NCBI GenBank assembly: GCA_001778235.1
Contig: MFGJ01000006.1
Coordinates: forward strand, 98,092-162,091
Length of the DNA stretch: 64,000 nt
Direction of reading: 5' to 3'
Origin: Candidatus Falkowbacteria bacterium RIFOXYC2_FULL_36_12
GTDB lineage: Bacteria > Patescibacteriota > Patescibacteriia > UBA11705
Below, one piece after another: positions 50,524-58,593 of the stretch. The translations under genes and the position numbers were made by a program. Position 1 is the stretch's first letter. Every line of letters begins with the position of its first letter. Under the pieces are notes generated by a model. It made no database searches. It was not told the DNA's origin and worked only from the letters and a program-made list of their open reading frames with translations.

Positions 50524-52158
50524 ATGACTTTGAAAAATGTAGTAGTTGATGGTCGACATTTGAGCATAAAGGATGTGATTGCTGTTGCTCGAGGTATTGA
50601 TGGTGAATATGCAAAAGTTGAAATTCTCCCAGCAACTAGAAAAATGATAAAGAAAATGCGTGATGGGATTGAAGCTCTATTGGACTCGAAAGTAATATAT
50701 GGAGTAAATACAGGTTGTGGTGCTCGTAAGCAAGAAATATTGAAAACAGAAGAGATTGAAGCCTATAATGAAAAATATGTCAAAGCGCATGCATGTGGTT
50801 ATGGCGATACCATGGACACCGAACTTGTTCGAGCTATGATGCTTATTCGTCTTAATTCATTTGCTGTTGGCAATTCTGGTATTCGTCTTGAATTGTGTGA
50901 TCAGATTCTTGCGTTATTGAATCATGAGATTACACCGGTAATTCCGCTTCATGGATCTGTTGGCGCGAGTGGTGACTTGATTCCTCTAGCATATCTAGGC
51001 AATGTTTTGCGCGCTACCAGAGGAGCTATGGTTTTGTATCAGGGAGAGATTGTAGATGCTTACAGTCTGTTTGTTAAACTGGGATTGAAACCTTTGGTAC
51101 TCCAAGCAAAAGAAGCAATGGGCCTGACTAATGGTGCAAATCTTGTATTGGCTTATGGTGTTTTTGCAGTGTACGACTCTGAAAATCTATTGACCGTTGC
51201 CAATGCAGCAGCAGCTCTTGGTCTTGAAGCCATTCGTGGTGAAACTGATGCTTTTAATAATCGTATACATCAAGCTCGGGGATTGAATGGTCATCCAGGA
51301 CAGATTAGTGTCGCTGAACAGATTATGAATATGTTACGAGGTAGTAAGAGATGTCAGCATGCAGCACAAGAATTTAAAATGCATCGTCAGTATGAATATG
51401 GTGATGAAAAGGGAAAGAAAAATGGTCCGCGAGTTCAAGACGCATATTCATATCGTTGTGTGCCACAAGTCCATGGTAGTGTAGATATTGTTTTGGGTAG
51501 AGTGCGTGAAACGATTGAAAGAGAACTTAATGCAGCAACTGACAACCCGCTAATTTTCGAAACTAGAGATGGTGATTTTGATGTTTTATCTGGTGGTAAT
51601 TTCCATGGGGAACCGCTTGCCTATGACCTCGATTACCTTGCAATTGCTATGTGTGGTTTGGCCAATATGTCAGATCGACGGTTTTATCAGTTGCTTGATA
51701 GTCATTCGAGTTATGGTTTGCCAAACGATCTTTGTGGAAATGCTGATCATGGCAATACCGGATTTATGATTTTGCAATATATGGTTGCTTCGGCTGTTAA
51801 TCGGTGTAAGATTTTGGCTAACCCTGCTAGCACTGACAGTATTCCGACTTCTCGTGGTCAAGAGGATTATGTAAGTATGGGAACAAATGCAGGTTGGAAG
51901 CTTCGTGAACAACTTTCTCATGTGCAAGCAGTGCTTGCAGCCGAGGTTATTGCTTCATGTCAGGCAATTGATCTTGGAAATGATGAATTGCCAGAACAAT
52001 TTCAGGAACTTGGTGCTGGTACACAAGTTGTTTATGATCTTGTACGGAAAAAAATTGATCGGATGAAGGGTGATAGATGGTTGCACCCAGATTTGGCAGA
52101 AATCATTGAATTGGTTGCTGGTAGAGATATTCGTCATGAGCTCAAAAGAGTAGTTTAA
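50524..52158 (+). CDS. hutH: Histidine ammonia-lyase (MIO-dependent)
   Basis: IYGVNTG, KAHACG (HAL-type His), GSVGASGDL (ASG/MIO), QDAYSYRC, TDNP, GGNFHG, QEDYVSMG. Confidence 0.85.
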   Translation: MTLKNVVVDGRHLSIKDVIAVARGIDGEYAKVEILPATRKMIKKMRDGIEALLDSKVIYGVNTGCGARKQEILKTEEIEAYNEKYVKAHACGYGDTMDTELVRAMMLIRLNSFAVGNSGIRLELCDQILALLNHEITPVIPLHGSVGASGDLIPLAYLGNVLRATRGAMVLYQGEIVDAYSLFVKLGLKPLVLQAKEAMGLTNGANLVLAYGVFAVYDSENLLTVANAAAALGLEAIRGETDAFNNRIHQARGLNGHPGQISVAEQIMNMLRGSKRCQHAAQEFKMHRQYEYGDEKGKKNGPRVQDAYSYRCVPQVHGSVDIVLGRVRETIERELNAATDNPLIFETRDGDFDVLSGGNFHGEPLAYDLDYLAIAMCGLANMSDRRFYQLLDSHSSYGLPNDLCGNADHGNTGFMILQYMVASAVNRCKILANPASTDSIPTSRGQEDYVSMGTNAGWKLREQLSHVQAVLAAEVIASCQAIDLGNDELPEQFQELGAGTQVVYDLVRKKIDRMKGDRWLHPDLAEIIELVAGRDIRHELKRVV

Positions 52159-52249
52159 GTATCATTAAAATATGATACTTTTTTTGACAGCATGTCTGAA
52201 AGCATAGTCTGTCTCGACTGTACGATGAATTCGGTTAAGGTGAGTTAGC

Positions 52250-52640
52250 TGTTATTATTAGTTTCTATATGTAAATTTGTCACTCTGAACTTGCTTGTCC
52301 AGCGAAGTTTTAACGAAGATGGATTTCAGAGTATAAAGGGATGGCTTGATTATACCCTGAAATAAATTCAGGGTGACAAGTGGAGTGTGGTCCCGTCACT
52401 CTGAACTTGTTTCAGAGTCTCCTGAATTGACACTAGAGGATGGAATAGAAAATTAATTTGATTAAATAATTTAATCCGAATTTTGAAGAATTATACCCTG
52501 AAACAACCTGCCTTTCGGCAGACAGGATTCAGGGTGACAAGTGAGTATGTTGGTGGCGCGTATTACCACCCCAGAACTACCTTCATCAAGATTACGGCAG
52601 GCAAGCCCCCGTGATGTTTATGTTCGATGCTTTAAATATT
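52250..52640. repeat. Mosaic of family A (copy 5, 52570-52609) and family B repeat segments
   Basis: Consecutive blocks match ~37303-37410, ~27598-27718 and ~42024-42186. Confidence 0.85.
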
Positions 52641-52822
52641 TAGTTTTGGTGGTGTACCTCCAAATCCGAGGCTATTAAACTTGATACGGTGGAAATAGAA
52701 ACCACCAGTTTGAGCTTATGGTTGTTTATTGACAGCGATTGATAATATTGTTAAATTGAAATAATAATTTGCCCCTTGACAAACAAGCTGAAAGTATCAC
52801 CACCCGTCAAAGAGGAAAGGGA

Positions 52823-54208
52823 ATGCAGATGAGTGAAAAAGTAAGTCCAATATTGGTTTCTGGTTTTAGAGATACAGATCCAGCTGACATGATTGCTAAG
52901 CAGAGACTTATTGATGAAATTATGGCTGTTTATAGATCTTTTGGTTTTGAACCCTTGGATACTGCTGTTGTTCAGTTGCAAACTGTATTATTTGAGGAGT
53001 TTGAATATACTGATATGGATTTTTTCCAAGTTGAAAATTCTAGAAAATTTTCCCATTCAGAAGCTCCACGAATGGCTCTTAGATTTGATTTGACTGTGCC
53101 TTTGGCTAGATATGTGGCAGCGAATATTGCGACCTTGCCCAGACCTTTTAAGCGAGCACAAATTGGCAAAGTTTATCGTGGAGAAAAAGCTCAAGCTGGT
53201 AGATATTGTGAGTTCTTGCAAGCTGATATTGATAGTTTGTTTACTGGTAGTGTTTATTCTGATGCTGAAATCGTGGCTGTGATGTTTACTTTGTTTAAAA
53301 AGTTGGGGATTGATAAATTCAAAATTGTTATTAATAATAGAATGATTTGCAATTTATTCCCTCAATATGCTGGATTTAACCCTGATGATTTGACTGCTGT
53401 GTTGAGAGTTCTTGACAAAATCAGAAAAGTGTCGAGAGAAGAAACAGTCAAGGGATTGTCACATAAGCAGGATGAAGAAAGTAAAAATCCAGTTAGATTT
53501 TTATCAAATAGTTCGATTAGGAAATTGATGTATTTGATTGAAAAACAAGGTAGTAATGAAGATTTGTTGATTTACCTGAAGGTAAAATATCAGCGAGCAG
53601 GTTTAGATACGACTGGAATTGTAGAGCTTGAAAAGATGTATGAATATTGCCGTATGATGGGAGTTGATGATAAAAATCTACAAGTTGATTTTGCCATGGT
53701 TCGAGGCTTGGCGTATTATACTGGGCCGATTTTCGAGACTTATCTAACGGAGTTGCCTGAATTTGGTAGTGTATTTTCAGGTGGAAGATATGATAATTTG
53801 GTTAGTAAATTTACAGAAGCTAATGTCCCAGCTACTGGAGCTTCAGTCGGAGTTGATCGTTTGTTTGAAGCTTTGAAACAATTGAGTTATCTTAAACCAT
53901 TAGGGAGCGTGGTTGATGTAATGATCATGGTTTTGGATAGATCTTACATGCCAGAATATTTGTTGATGGCTAAAGAAATAAGGGATAATGGATATAATGT
54001 AATGATTTATGATGGAGTTGATATGAGTTTTAAAACTCAACTAATGAGAGCAGTGACCAATGATATTCACTTCGTTGTAATTGTTGGTAAAGATGAAATG
54101 GATAAACAGGTAGTGACTGTGAAGGATTTGAAAACCAGAAAGCAATCAGTATTGTCTAGAAATGAATTTACTACCTACCATTTTCTCAATATAATTACTG
54201 GTACTTGA
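52823..54208 (+). CDS. hisS: Histidine--tRNA ligase, divergent copy 1
   Basis: GFRD, RFDLTVP, YRGEKAQAGRYCEFLQ, RGLAYYTG, GGRYD, GVDRL, C-terminal anticodon-binding domain. Confidence 0.9.
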   Translation: MQMSEKVSPILVSGFRDTDPADMIAKQRLIDEIMAVYRSFGFEPLDTAVVQLQTVLFEEFEYTDMDFFQVENSRKFSHSEAPRMALRFDLTVPLARYVAANIATLPRPFKRAQIGKVYRGEKAQAGRYCEFLQADIDSLFTGSVYSDAEIVAVMFTLFKKLGIDKFKIVINNRMICNLFPQYAGFNPDDLTAVLRVLDKIRKVSREETVKGLSHKQDEESKNPVRFLSNSSIRKLMYLIEKQGSNEDLLIYLKVKYQRAGLDTTGIVELEKMYEYCRMMGVDDKNLQVDFAMVRGLAYYTGPIFETYLTELPEFGSVFSGGRYDNLVSKFTEANVPATGASVGVDRLFEALKQLSYLKPLGSVVDVMIMVLDRSYMPEYLLMAKEIRDNGYNVMIYDGVDMSFKTQLMRAVTNDIHFVVIVGKDEMDKQVVTVKDLKTRKQSVLSRNEFTTYHFLNIITGT

Positions 54209-54255
54209 CAGAATTAAAAAAGCTGTTAAGATGAATTTGCTAGGCAGTTTCTGTC

Positions 54256-54329
54256 GGGCCGTTAGCTCCAATTGGTAGAGCGGCGGATTGTGGTTCCGTT
54301 TGTTACGGGTTCGAATCCCGTACGGCCCA
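54256..54329 (+). tRNA. Non-canonical tRNA-His (GTG): A73, no encoded G-1, CCA displaced
   Basis: GGGCCGT/ACGGCCC acceptor, GCTC/GAGC D-stem, gcgga-ttGTGgt-tccgt, acggg-ttcgaat-cccgt; followed by A-CTCCA. Confidence 0.88.
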
Positions 54330-54332
54330 CTC

Positions 54333-54369
54333 CAGGCGAAATGAAAGATTTCATTTCGCCTGTTTTTTT
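54333..54369 (+). terminator. Intrinsic terminator after the variant tRNA-His
   Basis: caggcgaaatgaa/ttcatttcgcctg stem followed by T7. Confidence 0.85.
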
Positions 54370-54396
54370 ACACTGAAATATGTTAATATTTTGCTA

Positions 54397-54425
54397 TTGA
54401 CATTTTATCGAGTGTTTGATATTAT
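54397..54425 (+). promoter_or_regulatory. Sigma-70 promoter for the leader/tRNA-His/hisS unit
   Basis: TTGACA-N17-TATTAT. Confidence 0.7.
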
Positions 54426-54446
54426 AAATATGTTGAAAATATATTA

Positions 54447-54671
54447 AATGCAATTGAACAAGGAAGATGTCTAAAAACCTTCAATTTTAGCGAATCAGGG
54501 CCAGTGAAAGCCTGATATTGAATTTTTGGACTACACACCCTTGGAGCAGCTTGAGCAAAACTCAAGACGAGATTGTACTCGTAAAAATACACCCTGATGA
54601 TTGTCAGGCGCTTAATTAAAAGACTCTCTTTTCTTTAATTGCAAAACAATCAGGGAAAAGAGAGTTTTTTG
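54447..54671 (+). promoter_or_regulatory. T-box-like leader with His (CAC) specifier and terminator
   Basis: Stem I with GA motifs, AGCGA bulge, agtgaaag distal loop, CAC at 54534-54538, stem II/IIA/III-like hairpins, terminator ctctcttttc/gaaaagagag + T7. Confidence 0.7.
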
Positions 54672-54715
54672 TATTAAAAAATATAAGCTTTTTAATAATA
54701 TTTATCAATAATTAT

Positions 54716-54792
54716 GGCGGCTGTAGCTCAGTTGGTAGAGCGCTGGTTTGTGGTACCAGTGGTCGCGGGTTCAAATCCCGTCGGTCGCCCCA
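54716..54792 (+). tRNA. tRNA-His (GTG), canonical G-1:C73
   Basis: G-GCGGCTG...CGGTCGC-C-CCA; ctggt-ttGTGgt-accag anticodon arm. Confidence 0.97.
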
Positions 54793-54837
54793 GACTACGC
54801 ACTGTAAAGTGCTTTGTCTGGCAAGCCATTAAATTTT

Positions 54838-56136
54838 ATGTCAGAATCATTATTACAACGAGCCAAGGGAGTCCGCGACTTTGGTCCTGAAGAAAAAATT
54901 GAGCGTGATCGTATTGTCGAGTCTTTGAAACAAGTATTCGAATCTTTTGGGTTTTCTCCAATTGAAACGCCGATTATTGAGCGCTATGAATTATTTGCCT
55001 CAAAGTTTGGACAAGGTGATCAATCTGACAGCATGAAAGAGAGTTTCAAATTGAAGGATCAAGGGTTGCGAGATTTAGTTTTAAGAAATGAATTCACAAT
55101 TCCATTTGCAAGGTATGTTGGAATGAATCCAAACCTTAGAATGCCTTTTAAACGATACCAAATAGGGCAGGTATTTCGAGATGGACCAATTAAACTGGGT
55201 AGATATAGAGAATTTTGGCAATGTGATGTGGATGTTGTTGGTAACCCTGATGTTTCAGCTGATACAGAAATATTGATGATTGCCCAAAAAGTTTTTGCTA
55301 AACTTGGTTTTGAGGTGGAGATTTATTTGAACAATAGAAAATTGTTGAATGCTGTACTTGATAAATATGAAATTAATAAAGAAATTGCGACTGATGTAAT
55401 TATTTCAATTGATAAACTTGATAAAATAGGTGTGGATGGGGTTGTTGAAGAGTTAAAAAATAAAAATATTGAAGAAGCAAAAGCACGAGAATTTCTACAA
55501 ATTTTGAATGTTACGGGAACAAATGAAGAAAAAATTGGAAAATTGCAGACTAGTTTGGGAAAGATTGATGCTTTACAGGAGATTGAGCAGACAATAAATC
55601 TGATGCCTAATCAAGAAAATATTGTGTTTTTACCGTCATTGGCGCGAGGTTTGGCATATTATACTGGCAATGTGTTTGAGATATTTTTAAAAGATAAAAA
55701 TGTTATGAGTTCTGCGGTTGGTGGTGGTGGTAGATATGACAAAATGATTGGTGGATTTTTGGGAAAAGATGGAGATATTCCGGCAGTTGGAATAAGTTTT
55801 GGACTTGAGACTATTTTGGATGTGATTAATAAAACAGGAATTTCTGAAATGAAAAAAACTGTAACTCAAGTTTATGTTTTGGCAATGGGGGAAGAAAATA
55901 TGAAATCAGCCATTGAGACCGCTGACCAAATTCGGAATTTAGGGATTAATGTTGATATTGATTTGCAAAACAGAAAGTTGAAGAAAAATTTGGAATATGC
56001 CAATGCTCTTGAAATCCCATATGTAGTAATAATTGGTTCAGATGAAATTGAAAAAAAGCAAATTACACTTAGAAATATGAAAGATGGGTCACAAAAATCA
56101 ATAAAACCTGAAGAAATAAAAAATTATTTAAATTAA
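54838..56136 (+). CDS. hisS: Histidine--tRNA ligase, copy 2
   Basis: KGVRDF, LRNEFTIPFAR, FRDGPIKLGRYREFWQCDVD, ARGLAYYTG, GGGRYD. Confidence 0.95.
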   Translation: MSESLLQRAKGVRDFGPEEKIERDRIVESLKQVFESFGFSPIETPIIERYELFASKFGQGDQSDSMKESFKLKDQGLRDLVLRNEFTIPFARYVGMNPNLRMPFKRYQIGQVFRDGPIKLGRYREFWQCDVDVVGNPDVSADTEILMIAQKVFAKLGFEVEIYLNNRKLLNAVLDKYEINKEIATDVIISIDKLDKIGVDGVVEELKNKNIEEAKAREFLQILNVTGTNEEKIGKLQTSLGKIDALQEIEQTINLMPNQENIVFLPSLARGLAYYTGNVFEIFLKDKNVMSSAVGGGGRYDKMIGGFLGKDGDIPAVGISFGLETILDVINKTGISEMKKTVTQVYVLAMGEENMKSAIETADQIRNLGINVDIDLQNRKLKKNLEYANALEIPYVVIIGSDEIEKKQITLRNMKDGSQKSIKPEEIKNYLN

Positions 56137-56137
56137 T

Positions 56138-56215
56138 ATGAATTCAGCAAATTTACAGAACCATCATGGTCATCATGCTCGCGTTTTTATGAGGCTAGTT
56201 TATATTTTTGTGTAA
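56138..56215 (+). CDS. His-rich attenuator leader peptide MNSANLQNHHGHHARVFMRLVYIFV
   Basis: ATG begins 1 nt after the hisS stop; four CAT codons within five positions; attenuator hairpins follow. Confidence 0.7.
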   Translation: MNSANLQNHHGHHARVFMRLVYIFV

Positions 56216-56252
56216 GATATAATAGAGATAGCCTCGCAGAAGGCTATTTTTT
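56191..56252 (+). terminator. Attenuator terminator with competing antiterminator
   Basis: Terminator atagcct-cgcaga-aggctat + T-run; gaggcta (56191-56197) can pair with tagcctc (56229-56235). Confidence 0.7.
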
Positions 56253-56310
56253 GTACATTAAAATCAAACCGCTAAACCCACAGGCCAGCAATGACTGGCG
56301 GGAGGTGAAA

Positions 56311-56868
56311 ATGGAGTTTTTGAGAGATTATCGGTTGCCAAAAGGATTAAGATTGGAAGAACTGGATTTAAGTAAATCAGATGATTTAGAGGCTTTAGCT
56401 CGCTTTTATTGTGAAGTTTGGAAAGAACCACCGTGGCTTGAATTTCACTGGACTTACGACGCTGTGATTAAATACATTCTTGAAACAAGTCAAAAAATTG
56501 CTTCAATTTGGTTGTTGATAAAAAATCAAGCAAATGAAATTGTGGCTTTTGCCCTAGGTTATGGAATAGATTTCAAAGATTTGGAACAAATCGCCAATAG
56601 AAAAGACGCTGCATTTTATTTCGGAGAAAAACCCATGTTTTATGATGCTGAAGTAGCTGTAATGCCAACCTATCGTAAACAAGGGCTTGCAACAGTTCTG
56701 ATTAGGGCAAGAATTGATTTTGCCAGATTTCATGATTTAAAAGTTGTGATTGCGCGAACTAAAGCTCCAAATGCAATTAGAGCTATGACTAAAATTGGTT
56801 TCTTCCCAACTACATTTACTGATGGATCTGATCCTGAAAGGGTTTATTGGCGGTTTGATATTTCGTAG
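56311..56868 (+). CDS. GNAT-family N-acetyltransferase
   Basis: WKEPPW, EVAVMPTYRKQGLAT acetyl-CoA motif A; SD gggagg. Confidence 0.85.
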   Translation: MEFLRDYRLPKGLRLEELDLSKSDDLEALARFYCEVWKEPPWLEFHWTYDAVIKYILETSQKIASIWLLIKNQANEIVAFALGYGIDFKDLEQIANRKDAAFYFGEKPMFYDAEVAVMPTYRKQGLATVLIRARIDFARFHDLKVVIARTKAPNAIRAMTKIGFFPTTFTDGSDPERVYWRFDIS

Positions 56869-56915
56869 GAAAAATATTTATTTTTCCTTTCTTTAAAAAA
56901 TTAAAATTTATCTAT

Positions 56916-58031
56916 ATGAAAAGTGAAGAATTAATAAGAAAATTAGTTTCATTTGATACTCAATGTATCAAAAGCAACAAGGAAATTGTAAAATATATTT
57001 CAAGTCTTTTTCCACCTGAAATTGTTGAAATTATTCCGATTAAAAAGAATAAGATTATTGTTTATAATTTGATATTAAGTTTTAAGGGTAAATCAAATAA
57101 TTCGCCAATAATTTTCAGTGGTCATACCGATACTATCCCATTATCAGGTGAATGGACCAAAGATCCTTTTAAAGGTGAAGTAATTAATGGCAATATTTTC
57201 GGCTTGGGAGCTGTTGATATGAAAGGTGGTTTGGTCGCAATGATTTTGACTGCTTTGAAATTGGTTGGAACAACTCCAGAAAATGATGTTTATTTTTTGT
57301 TTGATGCAGATGAAGAATGTAATTGTGTTGGCGGGAAATATTTTGCAGATAATTTTAATCCTGAAAATAATAAGTGTAGGATAGTCATTGGTGAACCAAC
57401 TGATGGTAAACTTGAAATTGGACAAAAAGGTGTTATTGAATTTAGAGTAACTTATAGAGGTAAATCAATTCATGCAAGTAAAGCAACTCGAGAAAAAAAC
57501 AAAAATTTTAATGCTATCAGCAAGGTTTATTCAGCTTTGCAGTTAATTGATATAGAAGAGCAACGACTGGCTAAAATGATTGATAAAAATTTTGGGTCGC
57601 CAACAATAGCAATTTGTCAAATAAATGGCGGGAGTGCTGCGAATGTTATTCCTGATTCTTGTAGTTTTGTTTTCAGTAGAAGATTGTTACCGAGTGAAGA
57701 TATTGAAAAAGTAAAGGAAAAATTGAGAAATATGTTTGTCTCGGTAGATAGTCGTGTACAAATTGAAGAGTTGTTGATTGGGGATTCAAATCTGTTGTCA
57801 GAAAATGATAATTTATATATGCAAGCATCAGAAATTTGTAACAATTTATTAGGTAAATGTGAAAAAGATATTTCAGCCGGTTGGACACAGGCTGGCTATT
57901 ACAAAAAATGGGGTGAATGTTTGATTTGGGGTCCTGGAAACAAAGGACAAGCTCATAGTGTTGATGAATTTATTGAATTAGCACAAATTGATAAAATGGC
58001 TGGATGTTATTTTGCTCTGACAAAAATTTAG
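56916..58031 (+). CDS. M20-family metallopeptidase/deacylase (ArgE/DapE-like)
   Basis: SGHTDT, GLGAVDMKGG, ADEE, GEPT, GPG..QAHSVDE. Confidence 0.9.
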   Translation: MKSEELIRKLVSFDTQCIKSNKEIVKYISSLFPPEIVEIIPIKKNKIIVYNLILSFKGKSNNSPIIFSGHTDTIPLSGEWTKDPFKGEVINGNIFGLGAVDMKGGLVAMILTALKLVGTTPENDVYFLFDADEECNCVGGKYFADNFNPENNKCRIVIGEPTDGKLEIGQKGVIEFRVTYRGKSIHASKATREKNKNFNAISKVYSALQLIDIEEQRLAKMIDKNFGSPTIAICQINGGSAANVIPDSCSFVFSRRLLPSEDIEKVKEKLRNMFVSVDSRVQIEELLIGDSNLLSENDNLYMQASEICNNLLGKCEKDISAGWTQAGYYKKWGECLIWGPGNKGQAHSVDEFIELAQIDKMAGCYFALTKI

Positions 58032-58164
58032 AAATTTTGCCTTAAATAAGCTGTGTACAAATTTGTTTTTCAGCCTTGCATAAATGAAAAGTCTGTGATA
58101 TACTAATCACAGTTTCGTTAAGAATTAGATAAATTACATTAGATTAGAATGAAGAAGGTTTTTT

Positions 58165-58240
58165 GCCAGCATAGCTCAGTTGGTAGAGCAACGGTTTTGT
58201 AAACCGTGGGTCGCGGGTTCGAATCCCCCTGCTGGCTCCA
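58165..58240 (+). tRNA. tRNA-Thr (TGT)
   Basis: gccagca/tgctggc acceptor, acggt-ttTGTaa-accgt, encoded TCCA; one C-C mismatch in the T-stem. Confidence 0.93.
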
Positions 58241-58306
58241 GTTTTTGCTCCAGTTAGAGCAAAGACAACTAGGCCAATTATTTATATTTAAAATTTAATC
58301 ATATAT

Positions 58307-58462
58307 ATGTCACAGGATAATTTGGTAAAATTTCAGTGTAAAGAATGCCGTAGCATAAATTACTTTTCTAAAAAGAATAAAAAAGTTATTAAAGTAAAAT
58401 TGGAAATGAAAAAACATTGCCGAAAATGCGGAAAGCATACAATGCACAAGGAAGTTAAATAA
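58307..58462 (+). CDS. rpmG: 50S ribosomal protein L33 (Zn-binding form; absent from the ORF track)
   Basis: MSQDNLVKFQCKECRSINYFSKKNKK...LEMKKHCRKCGKHTMHKEVK. Confidence 0.95.
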   Translation: MSQDNLVKFQCKECRSINYFSKKNKKVIKVKLEMKKHCRKCGKHTMHKEVK

Positions 58463-58593
58463 ACAAAAAGTCCCCATACTAATATAAGTAAACAAATTAT
58501 TTTAAGTAGCGTGGGGATTTTTTTTGAAACTGTAAATAGTTTTGAGTAAAAGGCAATATAAAAATATTATGTTCGTTGACACAGGGAGGAACA

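Noticed and set aside
52823..54208. HisZ (ATP-PRT regulatory subunit)
   Set aside because: Retains RGLAYYTG, motif 3 and the C-terminal anticodon-binding domain; no hisG nearby
58165..58240. tRNA-Thr as pseudogene because of a C-C T-stem mismatch
   Set aside because: All other arms, the CCA end and the typical position before rpmG are intact; one mismatch is insufficient
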